The notes under the pieces were generated by a model that saw nothing but the letters and a program-made list of their open reading frames with translations, ran no database searches and was not told the DNA's origin. From positions 1 to 45,748 of the forward strand of contig JBFFCR010000001.1 in the NCBI GenBank assembly GCA_041559855.1: DNA of 45,748 nucleotides. The letters are read 5' to 3'. Made by a program: the position numbers and the translations under genes. The stretch comes from Anaerolineae bacterium. GTDB lineage: Bacteria > Chloroflexota > Anaerolineae > JAAYZQ01. Position 1 is the first letter of the stretch, and the number at the start of each line of letters is the position of its first letter. Positions 1 through 7,100 of the stretch are shown in pieces.

Positions 1-564
1 AATCTGATCCGCGAACACCTGGGTGACAGGAGCGCCGCCAACGAGCACTTTGACTTTGTCACGCAGACCGGCTTCTGTCAGAGCCTCGACAGTGGTGGTC
101 ATTGCCGGCATGGTCGTGGTCAGCAAAGCGGACATACCTACGATGTCAGCGCCATGCTCGCGAATGGCTTGAACAAACGTGGCTGCAGAGACGTCGGTGC
201 CCAGATCTATGAGTTCAAAGCCTGCACCTTCCATCATCATGCCCACCAGGTTCTTTCCAATGTCGTGCAGATCTCCGGACACTGTGCCGAGGATGACCTT
301 GCCAGATGAACTGATCTCGTCTTCGGCGAGATGGGGTTTGAGAATTACCATGGCGGCTTGCATAGCGCGCGCGGCGATCAGCATTTCGGGCACAAACATC
401 TCGCCCTGTTCGAAAAGCTGACCTACCTCGGCCATCGCTGCGATGCAACCCGAGTTCAGGATGTCGGTAGGAGCGAGGCCTTCCTCCAGCGCAGTTTGAA
501 CCAGGTCGGCCGCCCGGCTTGCGTCACCTTCGAAAACTGCTTTATAGATGGACTTGATGCTCAT
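1..564 (-). CDS. Cobalamin-binding corrinoid protein (MtaC/MtbC/MttC-like); C-terminus cut by the window edge
   Basis: This CDS is absent from the ORF track because it has no stop in the window. Minus-strand translation from the ATG (complement of 562-564) reads MSIKSIYKAVFEGDASRAADLVQTALEEGLAPTDILNSGCIAAMAEVGQLFEQGEMFVPEMLIAARAM, which is the helical B12 cap domain. It continues GKVILGTVSGDLHDIGKNLVGMMMEGAGFELIDLGTDV (DxHxxG cobalamin-binding motif) and then GMSALLTTTMP...KVLVGGAPV (Rossmann-like B12 domain). Its ATG overlaps the pfk stop as ATGA. Confidence 0.85.
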   Translation of the reverse strand, partial: MSIKSIYKAVFEGDASRAADLVQTALEEGLAPTDILNSGCIAAMAEVGQLFEQGEMFVPEMLIAARAMQAAMVILKPHLAEDEISSSGKVILGTVSGDLHDIGKNLVGMMMEGAGFELIDLGTDVSAATFVQAIREHGADIVGMSALLTTTMPAMTTTVEALTEAGLRDKVKVLVGGAPVTQVFADQI

Positions 565-2822
565 TCTGCTTCCTCCATGGGTATGTGATGGGCGACAGAG
601 GGGAGCGGTTGGGCCATGGTGCGCGCGATCTGCCGGAGCTGCAACCACCACTGATCTCTGGGACGCCTGGCTTCGCTTGCTGAGAGTCGCGGCAGATCCT
701 CCAGACCGGTAAAACTCACGCGTCCGGCCTGCAGGCCAATGGCTGCGGATGCTGGAGCGGGCTTGGTCGCTTCAGCGATCAGGAAGCTGATACTGCTCGC
801 GGCGAGGCGCGTAGCCTGGATGCGGTCGAAAGGAGAGGGATTGCCGCCTTGTTGCATGTGACCGAGTATCGCCTCACGCACATCAAAGAGGTTTCTTCCT
901 TCCTTTTCGAATACAGCGCACATGAATTGTGTGGTGTAGAGGGGATCAGCACGCTCGTTTCGGATCATGAGCCCCAGGCGCTTGCCCAGCTCAAAGCCTT
1001 GAGTCAGGTTGTCAACATCAGCTTGGAGATCGACGAGTGAGATGCTTTCCTCGGGTAAATAGACTCTCTCAGCTCCCGTTGCCAGGCCGGCGATCAGGGC
1101 CAGGTATCCGCAATCGCCACCCATGACCTGCACAACAAAGCATCGGCGAGAGGCAACTGCCGACTGCTTGATCATGTCGACAGCAGAGATGATGCAATTC
1201 AACGCCGTGTCTGCACCAATGCTCAACTGAGAGCCGGGCAGATTGTTGTCGATGGAGGCGGGTAGACAGACGATGGGAATGCTGAAGGTGGGGAACTCGT
1301 CGCGCTTGGCGAAGAGTTGATAGGCCGCCTGGTACCCATCCCAACCGCCAATCATGAGCAATCCGTCAACACGGTGTGTCTCGAGTTGCCGGGCGATAGC
1401 GTAAAAGTCTCTTCCTTGTGGCACGTGACGGTTGGTTCCCAACTCTGCACCGCCTCGTGAAACCCATCCAGTGACGCCCATCCAGGCCAGCTCCTCGAGC
1501 TCGCCTCTTGCGAGTCCCTGGAACCCGTTCCGAATGCCCAGCATTGTGTGGCCCTGATCCATGCCAAGCCGGACTGCTGCACGGACAGCGGTGTTCATGC
1601 CAGGCGCGGGTCCTCCACAGTGCAGCACTGCAATGCGCAACTGACGCTGACCGGGAGATGGCGCGTGGGGTTGCGCTCTGATAAGCGTGCGTAGGATGCG
1701 GAATGAGTCAGAGAAGCTGCCCCCGCGCATGGCCAAAGCTGTCTCGTAGTCGTGAGCGGCGATCACCTCCGCGACTCTTTGTGTCTCGGTCACACTCTCC
1801 ATAAGTGGAGAGGAAATGACGTCATGCTGGCGAATGCCGACCAGCAGTGGCTCCTTGGCCGCTCCAGCTGACAGGATCTCCTCAGTGGCGGCGTGACCCA
1901 GCACGGTGCTCATGTACCGGTCAAAGGCGCTGGGCGATCCGCCACGCTGCACATGGCCGAGGATTGTGATACGAACGTCCTCTCCTAGCCGTTCTTCGAG
2001 CACTTGCCTGACATGGCTGGAGGTTATGGGATTGCCATGGCGGTCCTGCGCGCCTTCTGCGACGATGACCGTGCTGTGGCGGCGGCCACTTGCTCTGCCC
2101 GCCTGAAGCCTCTGGCACATCACTGCTTCCCAGTCATCCACATCAGGAGGACTCTCCGGAATCAGCACCCAGTTCGAGCCTGTTGCTAGAGCACTCATCA
2201 GCGCGAGATAGCCACAGTGGCGGCCCATTACTTCGATGACAAAGGTTCGATGGTGGCTAGCAGCAGTGGTTGTGATGGCATCCACAGCCTCGATGATCCG
2301 GTGCAGGGCCGTGTCAGCGCCGATGGTCATGTCTGTACCAAACATATCATTGTCGATGGAGCCTACCAGCCCGACTATGGTCAGCTGGGGATGGGCATCA
2401 ACCTCTTGTTGGGTAAGCTTGCCCTCCTGCACTAGCTCGGAGAGTAGTTCAGGCCACTCTTGGCTAAAGATGCTGGCGCCGGTCAGGCTTCCGTCACCGC
2501 CGATCACAACCAGGCTATCGATGCCGCGAGACATCAGATTGCTAGCTGCCCGCCGTCTGCCCTCGCGGGTCCTGAACTCGGCGCAGCGAGCGGAACCAAT
2601 GGCGGTGCCTCCTCGCTGGAGGATGCCCCCAACGGCATCCCAAGTCATCTTGGCGATGCTTTTGCCCCCGTCCACCATGCCCTGATAGCCATCGTGAATG
2701 GCGTAAACGTCGGCACCATAGTTCAGGGCCGCGCGAACTACTGCGCGCACAGCGGCATTCATCCCCGGTGCGTCGCCACCGCTTGTGAGCACGCCTAGGC
2801 TTCTCGGATTGCTTTCAGCCAT
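561..2822 (-). CDS. pfk: ATP-dependent 6-phosphofructokinase, eukaryote-type tandem form (two fused PFK halves, 753 aa)
   Basis: The N-half has LGVLTSGGDAPGMNAAVRAV, VIGGDGSLTGA, GSIDNDMFGTDMTIGADTAL and EVMGRHCGYLAL. The C-half repeats the fold with IAVLHCGGPAPGMNTAVRAA, MIGGWDGYQAA, ASIDNNLPGSQLSIGADTALN and QVMGGDCGYLAL. I place the start at M17 of the track ORF (MAESNPRSLGVL), which is preceded by AAGGAAG 5 nt upstream. The track start at 2870 would overlap argF. Confidence 0.9.
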   Translation of the reverse strand: MAESNPRSLGVLTSGGDAPGMNAAVRAVVRAALNYGADVYAIHDGYQGMVDGGKSIAKMTWDAVGGILQRGGTAIGSARCAEFRTREGRRRAASNLMSRGIDSLVVIGGDGSLTGASIFSQEWPELLSELVQEGKLTQQEVDAHPQLTIVGLVGSIDNDMFGTDMTIGADTALHRIIEAVDAITTTAASHHRTFVIEVMGRHCGYLALMSALATGSNWVLIPESPPDVDDWEAVMCQRLQAGRASGRRHSTVIVAEGAQDRHGNPITSSHVRQVLEERLGEDVRITILGHVQRGGSPSAFDRYMSTVLGHAATEEILSAGAAKEPLLVGIRQHDVISSPLMESVTETQRVAEVIAAHDYETALAMRGGSFSDSFRILRTLIRAQPHAPSPGQRQLRIAVLHCGGPAPGMNTAVRAAVRLGMDQGHTMLGIRNGFQGLARGELEELAWMGVTGWVSRGGAELGTNRHVPQGRDFYAIARQLETHRVDGLLMIGGWDGYQAAYQLFAKRDEFPTFSIPIVCLPASIDNNLPGSQLSIGADTALNCIISAVDMIKQSAVASRRCFVVQVMGGDCGYLALIAGLATGAERVYLPEESISLVDLQADVDNLTQGFELGKRLGLMIRNERADPLYTTQFMCAVFEKEGRNLFDVREAILGHMQQGGNPSPFDRIQATRLAASSISFLIAEATKPAPASAAIGLQAGRVSFTGLEDLPRLSASEARRPRDQWWLQLRQIARTMAQPLPSVAHHIPMEEAE

Positions 2823-2866
2823 GTGTCTTCCTTTGGCGGGTTGGCAGAGTGGCAGGTGCTTGCGGA

Positions 2867-3868
2867 TCAATCTCCCAGTGTGGCGACCAGCACTGCTTTG
2901 ATGGTATGCAGGCGGTTCTCAGCTTGATCGAAAACGATCGAGTGCTCGGATTCGAATACTTCGTCTGTTACTTCCATGCCGTCGAGCCCAAATTTCCCGT
3001 AGATCTCCTCTCCGATCTTGGTTTCGCGATTGTGGAACGAGGGCAGACAATGCATGACCTTGACTGCTGGATTTCCCGTCATTCTGAGCGCGGACATGTT
3101 CACCTGGTAGGGTCGCAGCAAGTTGATGCGCTGCTCCCAGACAGAGTCGGGCTCGCCCATCGAGACCCAAACGTCGGTGTGAAGAAAGTCGACGTCTTTG
3201 ACCCCTTCAGTGACGTCGTCCGTCAGCAGAAGCTTCGCGCCAGTTGTCGCGGCTATGGCTTGGCATCTCTCCACGAGCTCCTCCTCAGGCCAGAGGTTGG
3301 GCGGCGCGCAGAGCCTGACGTTCATGCCCAGCTTGCATCCACCAACCATCAGTGAGTTGCCCATGTTGTTGCGCGCATCACCCACGTAGCAGTAGGAGAT
3401 CTCGGAGAGTGGCTTGGTGGCGTGTTCCTGCATGGTCAGCATGTCAGCCAAGACCTGGGTGGGGTGGAACTCATTGGTCAGGCCGTTCCAAACGGGCACC
3501 CCTGCGTACTGGGCCAGCTCCTCGACAATCTCCTGCCCAAAGCCACGATACTCGATGCCATCGAATATGCGGCCCAGGACGCGGGCGGTGTCTTTCATCG
3601 ATTCCTTGTGGCCAATCTGCGATCCACTTGGCCCGAGATAAGTCACATGAGCGCCCTGGTCGTAGGCGGCTACTTCGAATGCAACTCTTGTGCGGGTGGA
3701 CGACTTTTCAAAGATGAGGGCGATGTTCTTTCCCGCCAGTCGAGGTTGCTCATAGCCGCTGTACTTGGCTGCCTTGAGTTCAGCTGCTAGTTGGAGCAGG
3801 AACCGAATCTCCTCGGGCGTAAAGTCCAGCAACTTGACGAAGCTGCGATTGCGCAGGTTGAAGGCCAT
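2867..3868 (-). CDS. argF: Ornithine carbamoyltransferase
   Basis: The 333-aa product is near-colinear with enterobacterial ArgI/ArgF as I remember it: [98 protein letters not shown] and VMHCLPSFH. The start has a GGAGG Shine-Dalgarno. Confidence 0.95.
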   Translation of the reverse strand: MAFNLRNRSFVKLLDFTPEEIRFLLQLAAELKAAKYSGYEQPRLAGKNIALIFEKSSTRTRVAFEVAAYDQGAHVTYLGPSGSQIGHKESMKDTARVLGRIFDGIEYRGFGQEIVEELAQYAGVPVWNGLTNEFHPTQVLADMLTMQEHATKPLSEISYCYVGDARNNMGNSLMVGGCKLGMNVRLCAPPNLWPEEELVERCQAIAATTGAKLLLTDDVTEGVKDVDFLHTDVWVSMGEPDSVWEQRINLLRPYQVNMSALRMTGNPAVKVMHCLPSFHNRETKIGEEIYGKFGLDGMEVTDEVFESEHSIVFDQAENRLHTIKAVLVATLGD

Positions 3869-3939
3869 AGTACCTCCTGTTCTACCTCCTTGGTGGAGAT
3901 TGGCGGTTGGCGGACAGCGACTGGCGCTATCTGCGGCCT

Positions 3940-3968
3940 AGTATACCTCAAGTCTGGTGCGAAGGCAA
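3940..3968 (-). promoter_or_regulatory. Sigma-70-like promoter for the argF-pfk-corrinoid protein unit (TTGCCT-17-TATACT)
   Basis: On the minus strand, TTGCCT lies at the complement of 3963-3968, followed by a 17-nt spacer and TATACT at the complement of 3940-3945. This is about 65 nt upstream of the argF ATG. Confidence 0.45.
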
Positions 3969-4131
3969 TATGGAGGCTGGGACCGGACAGCTCCGATGCG
4001 GGCTGTGGCTGCGGGGTACCATCTTTGCGCTCGCGAGGGGCGCGAGCCCGGGTGTCCAAGAGGTTACGGCTTTGAAGGTCGACGCAGTTTATTGCTGCAA
4101 CACAAGGCGAGACTAGGACGTTGGCGGCCTA

Positions 4132-7100
4132 TCACCTTGCCTGCCACACCACCTTGATCTGAGTTCCAGCGCCCAGCCGACTCTCGATGGCAAGGTTGGC
4201 GCCAATAGCTTGGGCGCGCTCACGGATGATACCCAACCCCAGGCGCTCAGAAGGAATGTGCGCCAGGTCAAAACCACGCCCGTCGTCGCTGATGCAAAGC
4301 CTGAGCTGAGGAGAGCTCGGGCGCTGCGCGCCGTTGTCGAGGCAATGTAGCAGCACCTCCACGCGACTTGCCTGGGCGTGTTTGACGACATTGTTCAACG
4401 CTTCCTGGGCGATGCGATAGAGCGCCACGTGAACCTCTTGCGGCAACGGGCAGAGATCGTCCACGGCGACCGTGACCGGAATCCCTGTCCGGCCCGCGAC
4501 AGCCTCTCCAAGCTGGCGCAAGAGGTCGCGGAGGTTGGCCTCAACCAGGGCCGCCGGACGCAACTCGAGGAGCAGGGTGCGCATTTCTGCCAGAGCGCCT
4601 CGGCTCAGTTGTCTCAGCTCGGCAAGGAGCTGACGTCCTTCCTCCTGGTCGCTCTCCCATAGGTCGGGGATGGCTTCAGCGATGAGACTCGCCGAGAAGA
4701 GGGTCTGGGTGACGGCATCGTGCAACTCGCGGGCCAGGCGTTGGCGCTCCTCCATTACAGCCAATCTTTGGGCCTGTTCGTACAGCCGAGAATTCTCAAC
4801 GGCAATAGCTGCCTGATTGGCCAATGACTGGAGCACGGTCAGATCGCTCTGATCAAAGGCGTCAAGGTGCTCGCTCTCTACGTTTATGACTCCGATGATC
4901 TGGTCTTGAACCTTCATCGGAACTGCAAGCTCGGAGCGCGTTTCCGTGGAAGTCACCTTCACGTAGCGCGGTTCCAGGGCCACATCGGGCACGATGAGCG
5001 GTTCGCCCCTGGCTGCTACCCAACCTGTGATGCTACCTTCGTTCAGAGGCAGCGAAAAGCTCTGGAATCCGTCCCCAAGAGCCCGGCTAGCTCTCGTCTT
5101 GAAGACCAGGGCCGATGTCTCTACGAGGCCGATCTCGACTAGATAGTAGTTGAATGCCCCTTGAATCAGCCGGGCAACCTGCTCTAGGAGCTCCGCCAAG
5201 GTAAGGCTCGACACTACATGGGTACCTACTTCGCTAATCACTCGGAACTGCTCGGCGCGACGCTGCTCTGCATCAAAGAGGCGTGCGTTCTCAATAGCAA
5301 CGGCCGCCTGATCGGCGAGTGACTGCAGGACAACGACATCGCTTGCGTCAAAGGCATTGAGGTGATTGCTCTGCACATCAAGCACGCCGATAATCCTGTC
5401 CTTGACAGCGATGGGCAGCGCCAGTTCCGAGCGTGTCCGACTACCCTCCATTGAGACATAACGTGGCTCCAAGCTCACGTCTGGCACCAGGAGCGGCTCC
5501 CGATGAGCTGCCACCCAGCCCGCGATGCCTTCTTTGCCGACCTTGAGTCGCTCCGGGCTGAACCGGAATCCAGGCTGCTTCCAAAGCTCGCCAGCACCCA
5601 CCTTGTAGACGGCAAAGCCGTCCTCGACCAGGGCGATCGCCACGTGGTCGTAGCCGAAACTGCGCTGAAGGAGCGAGGCAACCTGGTTAAGGACGCTGTC
5701 GACGTCTAGTAGTGATGTGATGCGGCGGCCAACCTGTCCGATGACGCGGAATTGCTCTGCACGGCGCTGTTCGGCCTTGAACAGGCGTGCGTTTTCTATG
5801 GCAGTCGCTGCCTGGTTGGCGAAGGCCACCAGCAGCTTCAGATCACGGCGGTTGAACTGATCGCGGCCCGCCAGCTTGTCGAGGAGTACCAAGCTGCCGA
5901 TGACCTGTCCCTTGGTTACCAAAGGCACTCCGGCGGCGTTTTGGATTGCCCTGCCGAGCGTCAACTCCAGTTCGGTCAGGCCTGGTTGGTTTACCCGATC
6001 GTCGCTCTTCGGATCGAGACAAATGGCCGGCTGGTTGTGACGGGCAATCCAGCCTGACAACCCACTATGCAGCGGCGTACGGGTGCCGATCACGCTCGCC
6101 ATGCTACCTACACAGGCCACTGCCTCGTCCTCACTCCGCTCCCAATCCACCAGGTTGAGTATGCCCCCATCTGCCTGGAAAAGCGCCGTCGCTTGCTCGG
6201 TGATCAGGTGCAGGAGCTCGTCGAGTTGCAGTGTACTGGCGACAGCGGTCGACGTTTCCTGCAGCGCGGTGATCTGGGCTAGGCGTTTCTGGGTGTCGGC
6301 ATATAGGCGGGCATTTTCGATAGCCACAGCCACTTGCCCGGCGATAGAGCTCAGCAGCTCCAGTTCCTGCTGGCCCTGGGACACGCAGCTGCACGTCATG
6401 ACGAATAGAGAGCCCAGGACTCTGCCCCTGGACACGAGCGGGGCGATAGCCAGAGATCGGTAGCCGTGATCTTTCACTGCCATGCGTGTCAAACGTTCGT
6501 CAGCGGCGAGATCGGCCACGAGGAGAGGCTCACCTGTCTGTATCACTCGGCCGGAAAAACCCTCCCCCACGGCAAGGTCATCGATGTTGCCCAGTAGCGA
6601 GTCCTCGATTCCTCGATGCGCCACTAGTCTAAGCATCCCCTGCTGGTTGGGGCTCTCCGGGCTGGCTTGTTGGAGCAGGTAAACGCCGCCTGCCTCACGC
6701 CCCATGACGTCGAGAGTCTTGTCAAGAGCACCATCCAGGATCTGTTCGAGATCCAGGGATGCGCTGACGACTTTGGCAATGGCGTTCAGAGTTGAGAGCT
6801 CCTCCGTCCGACTGGCAACCTGGTGCTCCAACGCCCGAGCCCGCTCCTCGACACTGTGCACGCGGAATCGGTAGGCGGCGACCGCAATGGCGACTACGCA
6901 CAGGGCTGCCAGCCCCCGGAACCACCAGGTTGCCCACACGGGTGGCACCACGGTGATCGACAGGGATGCGCCCGATTCGTTCCACACACCATCGGCGTTA
7001 GCCGCCTTGACGCGAAAGACATAGTCGCGCGGCGGCAAGTTGGTGTACGTGACAAAGCGCCGGTCACCGGCAGCGATCCAGTCATTGTCAAAGCCCTCAA

